DNA of 63,539 bases, the filler included, from Octopus bimaculoides (lineage: Eukaryota), in assembly GCF_001194135.2 (NCBI RefSeq). It is 4 parts of 4 records of this genome, joined end to end, with 100 filler letters (N's around TTAATTAATTAA, not from the genome) between each part and the next. Parts side by side here need not be neighbours in the genome. Positions count along the whole stretch, not along the records: positions 1 to 23,415 come from NC_068988.1; positions 23,516 to 47,779 come from NC_068981.1; 2 more parts are not named here. One strand, written 5' to 3'. Positions 12,503 to 24,904 of this stretch are shown piece by piece (positions within the stretch are counted from its first letter, which is position 1; every line of letters begins with the position of its first letter). The translations under genes and the position numbers were made by a program. The notes below the pieces were generated by a model. The model was given only the letters and a program-made list of their open reading frames with translations, had not been told where the DNA came from and made no database searches.

Positions 12503-14614
12503 CGTACAAACATACATTGTTCTAAATATAATATGCCTCCATCTTGCCGAATATCATACTACACCTCTGATATAATCAGTCGAATTTGACCTGCACGCAC
12601 AGAGCGAAGCTCAAGATATATTTATGGCTATAATGCCAATCTTAATTGAAACATCCCTATTAGTTGACCACGATTAAACTCTGCCTGACCAAACCTGTAA
12701 TGAAATACATGTTATTTATCTTTGGGTAGACTGTGTTGCGAAATCATATTAGTTCGCATCATTCGTTTTCCCTATATTTTAGTCTTCGATTAAACGGACA
12801 TTTGTTTATTTCAACATTGGGAAATAATTGTCTAAATTCTCCTGTAAATTCTTGTTGTGTCAACGTATGCCAGTATCAGCAAAGACTCACTTAGTAAATA
12901 ACTTCTATTCTTGCTCTACACAATGTTTATGATATGCACGCTAGTGCAGTGCTTGTGGCCACTGAGACTTCAACTATTTTTGTGTCGCTTACACATTGTC
13001 CCATTCATATTGTTAGAATTTACAAAACAATGAATATTTTCTTATTGGTTCTTAATTGCTTTCGATGTCACCGAATCCATCGCAATATAATTTGCGAACC
13101 CATTTTATTTACTAAATTATAAAAAGAAGAGAAATAAAATGTCGGTCAATAATCCAAGCAGTGTAGGCTCTCCCGGGGACAAGGTCTGTAAAAACATCGA
13201 AAATAATGTCACATCGGAGTAAACTGTATGGACCTGTAAACATCGTGTTACCACAAAACTGTTCATCACATTACGTAATAGACTGTGCGGAATCGCTGTA
13301 TTTTATCCTGTAAAGATCCAAAAATACTGACTCTGGCAGTCAAAGGAAACAATTTGTGATGTGCAAAATTTATGCCAAAGAATTCCTTGTGAGAATTTCT
13401 ATTATAGAATCCAACATAGTCATTTAGAGTCTCAATTTAAGTTGTTTCATGAATGATTTGCCAAGGATAAAAAAGAAAATGAATTAAGAATGTTTCAATC
13501 ATGTATTTTTTCTCATTTTTGTTCCACTTAATAAAATATAATTTGTAACATCCAAATAAAAGAAAACGCATTTCAAGAAAATAATGTGTTATTGAAAAAT
13601 GTGAATTCTAAATTGTAAATATATTGATTTATACTATCATTAAAACTGTTTGATACTAAGTTTCGATAGAATGGTATGAATTTATTCGTCCATAGTTTTC
13701 AAAAAATTATAAAAGAAAGTATATTGCCTGTTTAAAATAAATTGAAAAGAGTATGGAAATTATTGTGAGTATTTCTGAATCATGAGACTGGTTTATGTAA
13801 CATTGACAGAAATTTCGATGAAATTTGCTGCATTCATATACATTTCAAAGCAGATTATATGGACAGAACTGTTGTCTGAAGCCAGGTAACTGGCAGACAT
13901 CAGAGAAATCGGAATAAATTTTATTAAATATTCTTCATATAACTTTCCACAGAGGCATCAGATATGAAAAGATATAAAATATAAAATAAAAATATCAACG
14001 ACCTATGAAAACTAATTTGTCGCATGTCATCCGTTTATAGTTGCATTATCCATAATATGTTCGAGAAGCGAACGAAGATTAAAATATTAAACTGACGCTT
14101 ATAAACAATGGCTTGCTGCTATTATAAATAATATATAAGTGTTTGTTCCATACTCATAAAACAAAAAATTCCACCTATATTCAAAAAGTATGATTCTCAA
14201 CGGGACGAACGATGGCCTAAACTGTCATTTCAAATATCCAATACACTATATGAATACAAACAATGTAATAATGTAATGAAAGAATACATTTAATCCCAAC
14301 TTACTTTTCATGAAAGAAAGACAATATAGCGCAAATAGTAATGTAAACTCAGTATTATTTATCATCTTAACACAATATTGCAATCGTTCAAATTGCTATA
14401 ACATACATTGTTTTCATTTTCATATTACGCAAGCCAGTATTTAGTGAATGTGTTCTTGCAAAAGTGTCTGTGACGTTTATTAGATTTCTATTACTAACCG
14501 GTATAAAAAGAAATTCTTGGTGACAGAATATGCAGTCTAGAGCAGACGAAAAAAGCGATATTTGTGAAAAGAAAAAAACATAGGAATCACCATGGCTATT
14601 ATTTGGAACCTTAC

Positions 14615-14735
14615 CATCGTGTATCTCCTAATACAATAGCTGCATCATGGTGTAGCACATTTGAAAAACGAACGTTGAGCATATATCGTAATAGACTTGG
14701 AAATTGGAAAGCGGGTACTTTACATTCATCATTAT
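14615..14735 (-). CDS. Candidate internal exon of an unidentified gene (xNDECKVPAFQFPSLLRYMLNVRFSNVLHHDAAIVLGDTRW)
   Basis: TTAATTGCAGCAG acceptor, ATG|GTAAGG donor; 121 bp with a single open frame (phase 1 to phase 2); no protein family recognised. Confidence 0.25.
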
Positions 14736-15409
14736 CTGCTGCAATTAATAAAATTTAATGCTAGATTATTTAACTTGTATTTAAAACCCGTGCAGCAACA
14801 ATGTATTTTTAACATCGTTTCAGATAATGGTGAATAGATTTTTTTTCTTTTTAAATTCTTTTGTTTCACAATATTCACAAAAGTTTGAAGTTCTTCTTCA
14901 TTATGTCTGAATTCACCGTTCATTCTTTCCATTCACTATAATTTGAAAGAATTAAGTATTTGCTAATGTAGTGTATGAAAATTTATGCAAATACAATAGT
15001 GCATACAGATAAACAAAAACATCTTTACTTACACTCATTCACATAAACATTCACTTAAAATTATACACAATTTATACACAAGGAGCGTCTTTAAAATGAT
15101 ATGCATAACAATTATATACGTGGTTGTGAAATAACTTAATATATATTCCCGAAGATTATACTTAGACATTCAAATTATATGCGTTTATACTATTTTGAAA
15201 TGTAAATTATATACGCATATGTATTTAAGTTTCAAAATATAAATATGCTAACTTTTCTAAGGATATTGTCTCTGAATGCATTCTCATAAATATTAGTTAA
15301 AAGCAGCAAATTGGGTGTTACTGTAAAATAATCACCACATAAAACATCGTTTTAGGTTTATTCTTTAGGTCAATTTTTTTTATCAATTGACATGTTTATG
15401 TTTCAGGTT

Positions 15410-15960
15410 CTATATGTGACTGAATTTCAAAGAGGCCGTATTGTAGGTCATTCTGAAGGTGGACATAGTCAGCGTAAAATCGCAGTAAACCTTGGGGTCT
15501 CACTTCCTATAGTTTAAGAGAGTGGTTATGAAATTCATCAGAGAGGGGAAGGAGTCCACATTAGCTTGCCCAGATCAACTAGGGACCTCTGACAGGACCC
15601 TTCTCTTTGCTAATACACGTGTGGAGGATAATCCTTGGTGCAAGGCCTCTGACATAGGGGAACAAGTTGATATCAGTCCCAGAACAGCTGTCAGGTATCT
15701 CCACAAAAATGGTTATAATGGCAGAGCAGCAAGAAGGAAGGCACTTCTTAGACCAGCCAACATGAATCGGTGAAATGATTGGTTCAGCGAGATGGTGGAG
15801 CGGGCACTAGTAATTTGGGACAATGTCATGTTCTCTGATGAGTCCAGATTTGCTGTATTTCCTGATAGTGATCCAGTGTGGGTCTCTAGAATCTGTGATC
15901 AAGACTTCAATGGGAAAAGATTCCAGGCAACAATGAAACATGACCGCTACTCTGTGATGG
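15410..15960 (+). mobile_element. Tc1-family transposase relic (N-terminal HTH to first catalytic Asp)
   Basis: TEFQRGRIVG..EGGHSQRKIAVNLGVS (HTH); GYNGRAARRKALL; WDNVMFSDESRF (Tc1 FSDESRF motif); stops and frameshifts; TIRs not found. Confidence 0.88.
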
Positions 15961-16829
15961 CGAGAGCAAATTGTATTAGTGTTTCTCTTCCTCAGCTAAG
16001 TTAGTTCAAATTCCATCACGCAGGTTAACTTTGCCATTCCTACATTCATATAAAACGAATACATACTAGTTTAGGATGTAATTATAAAACGTTCCAGGTA
16101 ATAACGTAAGGACCCTCATTCAAATAGATCTGAATGATTCTGTTTTAAGTTCTTCATCAAATACATCTAAACGCCTGACAGTCTTGCTAACATTATTTTC
16201 TCATTCGTTGAAATTATTAATGTTATTTACTATAATATGTTTGAAATAATCACATGAATTAAGACAAATGTTTATTATACGAATCCGTGGTTGACAAAAA
16301 TCATGGGATTTTCGTCTACCGAACCTCATAAAACTACGGAGTAATTGCACTCATATAAATGAGGGATCGAAATAGAATTTTATGCAAAACTGTTGCCTTG
16401 TTTATTTCATGACTAATGTGATATTGTATTATAAGTATAGACATTCAAACATCGTTACAGATAAATAATAATAAATATACTTACTCACATAAACGCAAAC
16501 ACACACTTATATATACTTCATGTTCTGAGATCAAATTTAATTTAACATCGTATCCGGAAAGAAAATTTTAGGAGACATGTAACGTTGAATCGCCAAAATT
16601 TAAGACGGAACGATTCTACCGTTTGTGTAATTTGTACCATGGAAACGTAAAAAATAATGGTGTTCACAAGGTAATAAACTCCCATCCTTTCTCTCCAGAA
16701 GAAGACGTACTCTAAGGGTGATAAACTCCAATTTTGATAAACGCAAAACATACAAACTCATATTTTCAGACATGGAATCTGCTAAAAATTATTTGTTTGT
16801 TTTTTTTTTGTATGTTTAATTGTATAAGC

Positions 16830-17220
16830 TATACGTCAAAAGGTTCAGTGTTCATTTAAATGTGTACCAAAAATATAATCGTTGTCGTCATTAGCTGTAT
16901 GGACATTATACCAAAACGTACTTGCATTTTTATTTTAAACTTCCTATCCAATCGACAAACAAAAAGTTGCCTTTAACTATACCTCCAAACCCAACTCACT
17001 GTCTCAAAAAGGACACAATGAATGCTAAAGTAGCCACTTGTCAGCATGGACAGCAATGAGGTCAGGGACATATGTAGCCATAGCAAGCATAAGGATGAGC
17101 GAAATAACACCACAAACCGTTTATTGTATATCAACGATGCGACCAACGAATCTACTCCTGGTGGTAAGAAATGATATGCAGATAATGAAGAAATAGAAAC
17201 TCCGTAAAACGACAGAATCT
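16830..17220 (-). pseudogene. Possible class A GPCR relic (TM1-TM4-like)
   Basis: Across frameshifts: GVDSLVASLIYNKRF (TM1/ICL1-like); ISLILMLAMATYVPDLIAVHADKWLL*HSLCPF* (TM2 plus W-x-x-G-x-x-L-C-x-x-W ECL1-like); FCLSI then DR after a 1-nt shift; KFKIKMQVRFGIMSIQLM. Confidence 0.33.
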
Positions 17221-17746
17221 CTCAACTGGAATGCCACTCAGAGACCTCCTCAATTCTTTACTTTTAAGCAACATCTTCAGTAGATGAGGAGTGCTGCAGG
17301 TTCTTTGCATATTCCAAGACAGCTTTATAGCAGCCGTCCGTGTTTTTAAAGTTAATTTTCAGTCATCTGTTGGGGGTCATTGACATAGAAAAATGATCCT
17401 CTGTATTACACAACAGTCCGCGTGGATATATTAGAAAATGTTAATCATTGTCTCACTGGAGTTACTCGCATTTTGGTTCAATGAACTGTTTTACACATAG
17501 TATTTATAGTCATATTATGTATAAGTCTAAGTTGAGAGGAAGCGAGCTAATTTATAACTTACCACCAGCTGAGTTTGATTTTAGTCTTTGAGAATATTTT
17601 TCTATACTATATGGACGGAGATTCGGACATACATTAGTCATTTTATAGCCCAGCTCTTAGAAAATTGTCTTTTCAGAAATGTTAAGTTGACAATTACATG
17701 TGAGAGTGAAAATTTTATGCACATTTCCTTAGCATGTATGTAAGTG

Positions 17747-17778
<32 letters not shown>

Positions 17779-17958
17779 TGTATGTATGTATGTATGTATG
17801 TGTGGATGGATGTATCTCTCTCTCTCTATCTATCTATATATATATATATACATGTATACATATATNNNNNNNNNNNNNNNNNNNNNNNNNNNNNNNNNNN
17901 NNNNNNNNNNNNNNNNNNNNNNNNNNNNNNNNNNNNNNNNNNNNNNNNNNNNNNNNNN

Positions 17959-18043
<85 letters not shown>

Positions 18044-19677
18044 CATGCTCATTTAGATAGATACATAAGCATACGTCAGATTCTGTGCGAAGAAATGTAT
18101 ATGTATGTGTGTACATTCATTGCATGCGAGTGTGCGTGTTTTCATATAAAGGAGATATTGTCACCGATTAAAAGTAATCATATAACAAGATGAAAGTATG
18201 GAAGCCATTGCACAATATTCGCCGCTGCGCAATGTTTGGAACTAGAAATGAAACAATATATATAATAATATACGTCGTTATCTGGTACACTTTGTTCTCA
18301 GTGTTCACTTTTCTCGCACATTTGTCTTTCCTATAGTTATTTGCTTATTCTATATTATTAGCGTGCTTAGCTTTAGAGTAGGAGGCACCGCTTATAGAAT
18401 TTTCGTTTATTAGCCTTTTTCTTAAGTGATGTAAATGCATTAACGGATAAGAATAATTCTTTTTTATATATTTTCATTTCTCAATCTTATGTCCTTTCCT
18501 GTGTTAAGATTTCAAAATGTTTTGACGAGCAGAAGCCGTGACAAGTGATGTGGATTATCGTGTTTAATATAATTTCTATTCCACATATATTATCGACGCA
18601 AAGAATATTTCAATTTAATACACACAGACAACAGAAGCAGCATTGTTGGATACGAAAACGAGTGCTTCTGATTTTACAGCGAAGGAAACTTAAATAAATA
18701 AATGTTTTACTAAATGAATTGCACTTCTGCTAAATGTATCACTGTTGTGAAATTGCACTAAAAATATCAAAGTGACTCTGTATTAGGTAGCTAGATTAAC
18801 TAAATAAACAAAGAGGGCGCGTTGAATATCTACGTATTATATAGTATATATCGAAGCAACAGAATATATATATATATATATATAGTATTAAGGAAAAAAC
18901 CAACGTTTATGAACTCAACGATGAAAATCCACTGTCACATATAGAAAANNNNNNNNNNNNNNNNNNNNNNNNNNNNNNNNNNNNNNNNNNNNNNNNNNNN
19001 NNNNNNNNNNNNNNNNNNNNNNNNNNNNNNNNNNNNNNNNNNNNNNNNNNNNNNNNNNNNNNNNNNNNNNNNNNNNNNNNNNNNNNNNNNNNNNNNNNNN
19101 NNNNNNNNNNNNNNNNNNNNNNNNNNNNNNNNNNNNNNNNNNNNNNNNNNNNNNNNNNNNNNNNNNNNNNNNNNNNNNNNNNNNNNNNNNNNNNNNNNNN
19201 NNNNNNNNNNNNNNNNNNNNNNNNNNNNNNNNNNNNNNNNNNNNNNNNNNNNNNNNNNNNNNNNNNNNNNNNNNNNNNNNNNNNNNNNNNNNNNNNNNNN
19301 NNNNNNNNNNNNNNNNNNNNNNNNNNNNNNNNNNNNNNNNNNNNNNNNNNNNNNNNNNNNNNNNNNNNNNNNNNNNNNNNNNNNNNNNNNNNNNNNNNNN
19401 NNNNNNNNNNNNNNNNNNNNNNNNNNNNNNNNNNNNNNNNNNNNNNNNNNNNNNNNNNNNNNNNNNNNNNNNNNNNNNNNNNNNNNNNNNNNNNNNNNNN
19501 NNNNNNNNNNNNNNNNNNNNNNNNNNNNNNNNNNNNNNNNNNNNNNNNNNNNNNNNNNNNNNNNNNNNNNNNNNNNNNNNNNNNNNNNNNNNNNNNNNNN
19601 NNNNNNNNNNNNNNNNNNNNNNNNNNNNNNNNNNNNNNNNNNNNNNNNNNNNNNNNNNNNNNNNNNNNNNNNNNNNN

Positions 19678-19717
<40 letters not shown>

Positions 19718-20344
19718 AAACCGATTAATACCATTTGTTTGATAACTGATCATCTGTGTCTGCCTTCCCTCCGTTTGTGAATTTACTATATATTATTCAC
19801 TTAAGTAACGGAACGCAACGCACCCTGGTTTTTATATACACATATATATTATTACACGGGAGCATGCGAGTAAGGGAACTAATATTTTTATGATTATAAA
19901 CATGGAAAAGTACAGGAGAAGTTACTACACTTGGAAAAGTTCAGGACAAGTTAATAATCTTGTAAAGTATAGAAGAAAATTCTTATCATATAAGCCTTTG
20001 CTGCGTTTAGCAGCATGTATCACTGTGTGATAGAGCTCTTTAGCAGCACTTAGAACATTTACAAAATTTCATAGTTCTAATTATTTGTATGTGCAAGTGT
20101 GAGGTGGGAGCGTGTTCTTGTGTAGAAATACATGCGCATGTCAAGTCATCTAACTACACTTTGTCACACGCATTTACGTACGTGTCTGTGTGTGTGCGAG
20201 ATGGGGTGAGAGAGAGATCATAGAAACTTTTATTTCTAAGCCTTTCAGCTCCTACAGTGTTGCACGTTTGAACTTCAACTATTTATTTTCTCTAATTTAG
20301 TCTTTCGACCTCATTGTGCACTTCGATAATTTGGTCTTCCAAAT

Positions 20345-20569
20345 TATCTTCAGGAGGAGTTACCTCAATCCTTTCTATATTAACCAAGATGAAGTAGATT
20401 GACAAATTTATTTTTTGAACCAGTTGAAGACGCACGAGATGTCGAAATATCGTTCACCAGATAACAAATGGCACTCTTCTTTTAATTTTGACTCTATATC
20501 TTCAGGAGGAGTTACCTCAATCCTTTCTATATTAACCAAGATGAAGTAGATTGACAAATTTATTTTTTG
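20345..20569. repeat. 73-bp identical direct repeat (20345-20417 and 20497-20569) ending at a gap
   Basis: Direct comparison; 152-bp period. Confidence 0.85.
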
Positions 20570-21015
20570 NNNNNNNNNNNNNNNNNNNNNNNNNNNNNNN
20601 NNNNNNNNNNNNNNNNNNNNNNNNNNNNNNNNNNNNNNNNNNNNNNNNNNNNNNNNNNNNNNNNNNNNNNNNNNNNNNNNNNNNNNNNNNNNNNNNNNNN
20701 NNNNNNNNNNNNNNNNNNNNNNNNNNNNNNNNNNNNNNNNNNNNNNNNNNNNNNNNNNNNNNNNNNNNNNNNNNNNNNNNNNNNNNNNNNNNNNNNNNNN
20801 NNNNNNNNNNNNNNNNNNNNNNNNNNNNNNNNNNNNNNNNNNNNNNNNNNNNNNNNNNNNNNNNNNNNNNNNNNNNNNNNNNNNNNNNNNNNNNNNNNNN
20901 NNNNNNNNNNNNNNNNNNNNNNNNNNNNNNNNNNNNNNNNNNNNNNNNNNNNNNNNNNNNNNNNNNNNNNNNNNNNNNNNNNNNNNNNNNNNNNNNNNNN
21001 NNNNNNNNNNNNNNN

Positions 21016-21223
21016 ACCTAAGGCACCTACTATGATAGGAATTGTTTCTGTTTTTAGACTCCACATTCGAGTTATCTCTATTTCCAGGTCTTTGTATTTT
21101 GAAAGTTTTTCCATTTCTTTTAGAGAAACGTTGTCATCTGCTGGTATTGATACATCAATTAGAAAGCATTTTTTTCTTCATGATCTTTGACAACTATATC
21201 TGGTCTATTTGCCTTAATTTTTC

Positions 21224-21225
<2 letters not shown>
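21016..21225 (-). mobile_element. 5'-truncated R4/Dong-like LINE, RLE domain
   Basis: KIKANRPDIVVKDH..CFLIDVSIPADDNVSLKEMEKLSKYKDLEIEITRMWSLKTETIPIIVGALG; 5' junction abuts (TAA)n; nearly identical to 63310-63539. Confidence 0.92.
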
Positions 21226-21290
<65 letters not shown>

Positions 21291-21326
21291 TATTATTATT
21301 ATTATTAGTAGTAGTAGTAGTAGTAG
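21226..21326. repeat. (TTA)n then (TAG)n microsatellite
   Basis: Direct reading. Confidence 0.95.
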
Positions 21327-21329
21327 CAT

Positions 21330-22330
21330 TTTTCTCGGAAAATTCTGGCTAATACGTGCTATACTTAATGTTTCTGATTTTTTTAACGCAGAACGTTTAT
21401 AACATTTAGGACGCAGTTCTGTGTCATTTGAAAAGATATTCTATGCGTTTGAAATCTCGATTCAATTCATATCTTCTGCTTCTTTTTTCTCCGGAATACG
21501 CAGGATTGAAGTGTCCTTACAGCTTTATTTTCTTCAGGTTGTAATTTTAGTTTACTTGTCCAATTTCTTATACAATTTTTTTCTTCTTATACAATTTTCT
21601 GTTTGTACATTCACTTGTTTTTATTCCCTCGATTTGTTTTATAATTATCGAATTACCAGACAAGATTTCCCTGTTCTTCGTGAGGCAATTTTTCTCAAAG
21701 CACAAGGATATTGCAAAGAATTCATGCTGACTTAGTATTAAGATTACTGTTGTTTTCTTCACCATCATCACTAACGTTTCCCAAACATCTTATCGTCTTC
21801 CTTATCGTATTCCGTTTTCCAGAATTTCATACAATTTTTTCAGCACCATCTGAACAAATAAATACCAGTTCAAGCACCAGCATCCACATAATGATATCGG
21901 TATCGAATCAAAATTATTTATTCAACAACATCCAGAATAGCCTTAGTTGCGATCACCTCAAAGAAATGCGGAAAAATATAGACAGAGCGAAAACAGCGAT
22001 AACGCATAATACACCAATAACAATTCTACAATGACAACACCATGAATGAATATCGAAATCCATCAAGCTCGTTGTTCAATAGAGTGACAACTGCGAATTG
22101 ATTCTGTACATATGAAAACACAATTAGAAAATATTTACAAAAATGTTGTGTTACCCTGAAACAGCTATTGAAAACAATTTCATAACATATCTGAGAATTG
22201 CCGATGAAGACACATCAATATCAGTTTCAGAAGCATGTTGCATCTTTAGTCCGATAACTGGACTAAAACAAAGAAAAGAATATGCGCTTCTCAAAATTGA
22301 CACAATATCAATTGCAACAATGAGGGCCTA
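21330..22330 (-). pseudogene. Possible decayed class A GPCR-like coding relic
   Basis: Ordered hydrophobic segments across frames: LIVAIDIVSIL; FLIVFSY..FAVVTLL; RIVIGVLCVIAVFALSIF then PHFFE (21957-22027); IPISLC; a basic loop; EENKAVRTL. Many stops; no TM7 seen. Confidence 0.27.
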
Positions 22331-22446
22331 CTGAAGGCAGGGCATTATTCTTTTATTCCTTTATTCTTTTATTTGTTGTAGTCATCTTGATTGAGGCCAT
22401 GCTGGAGCACCACCTTTAGTCGAACAAATCGACTCCAGGACTTATT

Positions 22447-22742
22447 TACATTATTTACATTATTTACAATTGACGGATATTTGTCTTCATCTTGTTTGTT
22501 GTTAACACAACGTTTCAGCTGATATACCCTCCAGCCTTCATCAGGTGTCTTGGGGGAAATCTTGAACCTGGGTTCTCATTCCTGATGTATTTTTCGATGT
22601 TGTTGTTGTTGTTATTATCATCATCATCATCATTATTATCATTATTATTATTATTATTCAAGTCACTGCCTGGAATCGCACTTGGAATCTTAGGGTTAGA
22701 AGACCGCGCTATTATCCATTACGCCATATGTTTAGAACTGCA
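22447..22742 (-). mobile_element. tRNA-headed SINE-like element (family D) carrying a hammerhead ribozyme
   Basis: A-box TGGCGTAATGG (22716-22726), B-box-like GTGCGATTCC (~22672-22681); internal (AAT/GAT/AAC)n; hammerhead; (TGTAAATAA)x3 tail; flanked by the 12-bp duplication CCAGGAC(T/A)TATT (22435-22446, 22743-22754). Confidence 0.8.
22504..22549 (-). ncRNA. Minimal type I hammerhead ribozyme
   Basis: RNA: GACAC-CUGAUGA-A-GGCUG(GAGGGUAUAU)CAGCU-GAAA-CG-UU^GUGUU. Helix I GACAC/GUGUU; helix II 5 bp (G.U closing); conserved core boxes; palindromic ACGU helix III; GUU cleavage triplet. Confidence 0.8.
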
Positions 22743-22854
22743 CCAGGACATATTTTTGTAAGCCTAGTACTAATTCGAACAAATAAGTTACGGGGATGTA
22801 AACAAAACAACATCGGTTGTCAAGCGATTGTTGAAGGAGAGACACAGGCACACA

Positions 22855-22896
<42 letters not shown>

Positions 22897-23415
22897 TACA
22901 TATATACGACGGTCTTCTTTCAGTTTTCCTCTACCAACTCAACACACAAGGCTTTGGTCGGCCGAGGCTATAGTAGAAGACGCATGCCAAAGATACCACG
23001 CAGTGGGAATGAACCCGGAACCATGTGGTTGTTAAGCAAGCTTCTTGCCACACAACCACTTCTGCGCCTATGGAAATCTCTACACACAAAGCAAAATAAA
23101 ACTAAAAACTTTGTCGAATGAAGATGAGCATTTTACCCTAGATACATGATATTCCGTTGCTGTATCACAAACGAAGGGATAAACAACTCGTGCCTATTTC
23201 ACTAGTTTTTTGTTAACATCTCATCCATTGCTATGTAGTAGGTGGTGTTTTGTGTCAACTCAGGTTACAGTAACGAACACATTTGAGACGGGTTTCCGTC
23301 AACAGTGTGAGCTGTCCTCATGTGTTTTATGCACGTCATACATGCATATATTTCTACATGCATATTTTGAATATATGAGAATAAATACGTACATATTTAT
23401 GTTTATATATATATA

Positions 23416-23515
23416 NNNNNNNNNNNNNNNNNNNNNNNNNNNNNNNNNNNNNNNNNNNNTTAATTAATTAANNNNNNNNNNNNNNNNNNNNNNNNNNNNN
23501 NNNNNNNNNNNNNNN
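23416..23515. other. Assembly gap with artificial TTAATTAATTAA linker (44N+12+44N)
   Basis: Same layout at 47780-47879 and 61884-61983. Confidence 0.95.
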
Positions 23516-23563
<48 letters not shown>

Positions 23564-23647
23564 TGAAACATTTGCAACTTAATTCAATTGATGACGATAG
23601 TTCCTATAATTTGCTGAACACAGGATGGTCATTGTATCGGCTCTTAC

Positions 23648-23768
23648 GTATCTCATACAGCGCAGCAAGATATTCTGGTATACGCAGGATTACTAGAATT
23701 TCAGTTCTGCGGTGATTCCTTTGACTTCTGAATGATTTCAGTATCCGTAATAATATATTTTCTTCAAC
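23648..23768 (-). CDS. Candidate internal exon (VEENILLRILKSFRSQRNHRRTEILVILRIPEYLAALYEI)
   Basis: TATGTCTTGTGACAG acceptor, TAC|GTAAGA donor; 121 bp with a single open frame (phase 0 to phase 1); phase-compatible with 14615-14735. Confidence 0.22.
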
Positions 23769-23904
23769 CTGTCACAAGACATAATTTTGGTTAAGAAATG
23801 GTTATAATTTACTGAATCAACATACGATAACAAGAAATTTGTCCAGAGAACTAACATTTTTGAAACGTTTATTTCATAACTATTATCAATATTTACAGTT
23901 GTCA

Positions 23905-24085
23905 AAGCAGCGAGCAGACAAAATCTTTAGCACGCAGGGCAAAATATTTAGCGGCATTTCGTCCGTCTCTACATTTTGTGTTCAAATTCCGCAGAGGTCG
24001 GCCTTACATTTCATCTTTTCGGGGTGAATAAAATATTTACCAGTTAAGCACTGATGTCGATGTAATCGACTTAACCACTTAACTC
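23905..24085 (+). mobile_element. SINE family B, diverged
   Basis: GCAGCGAGCAGACAAAATCTTTAGCACG..GTTCAAATTCCGCAGAGGTCGG..TTTCATCTTTTCGGGG matches the reverse complement of 33500-33647. Confidence 0.75.
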
Positions 24086-24904
24086 CGGAGGGGCTGACCT
24101 TATGCCAAAATTTGAAACCAATATTTTCAGTTGTCTCTAATTATAAAGTTTCGTTATTGCTGAAAGCTGGTAAAAGATAGTTTGTGGCATTTGTCCATCG
24201 TCATTACGTCCGAGGTTTAACTCCACCTAGTCTACCACAATCATTACTCTATCCACACATGCTGAAACTAGATACTAGTCTCGTACAGTGCCGATGGCAT
24301 CGAATAACACAGTCCTTAACATTGCCCCTCCCCCCATACACCCTAAAAAGTAGTCGGACTTGTGCTTAATTTTGAAACCATAAATTAATGTGATATTATG
24401 TTATCATTCCAAGACACGTCAAATCGTCCTAATCTTTCATCTCATTCATCGAATAAAACTAGTTTAACTATTCCGTCCTGAGTTAGAAATCTAACGAGTT
24501 ATAGATCCTCATTTATTTTTACGTTATCACTGAAATAATTATCAATGGCATATTCAGAAATATTTTTCTCCAGAAAAGATATGGCAAAACATGTGGATTA
24601 TGTGAAAATACCCGGCTGTAGTGAAGTATTTGCTAAGGCTTTTATAGACTTAGCAGTTTTAAAAACTCAGTTTTGAATTCCAAGAGAAGGAATTCGCTAT
24701 CTCTACGCAGGCAATTGTAAAGTTATAATAGAATGCTACATTAGTGTTACGTATAAGTTTACTCAATCCTTATTTGTTATGATGATATTAACTATGAGGT
24801 ATCAACGTGTTTCGATACATACTATATCTGGATGCCTTATTCTTTATTTCACTGAATGTTGTTACTTTACTACATTTAACTTATACCTTTCTTCCTATTT
24901 ACAG

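Larger units (their letters stand above)
22368..23062 (-). mobile_element. SINE family A interrupted by a nested insert at 22447-22742
   Basis: Tail 22368-22446 and body/head 22743-23062 match the uninterrupted copies at 9812-10335 and 42996-43392. Confidence 0.88.

Noticed and set aside
23460-23471. TTAATTAATTAA palindrome recurring at 23460, 47824 and 61928
   Set aside because: Always centred in 44N+12+44N, with stops in all six frames; a scaffolding linker, not biology.
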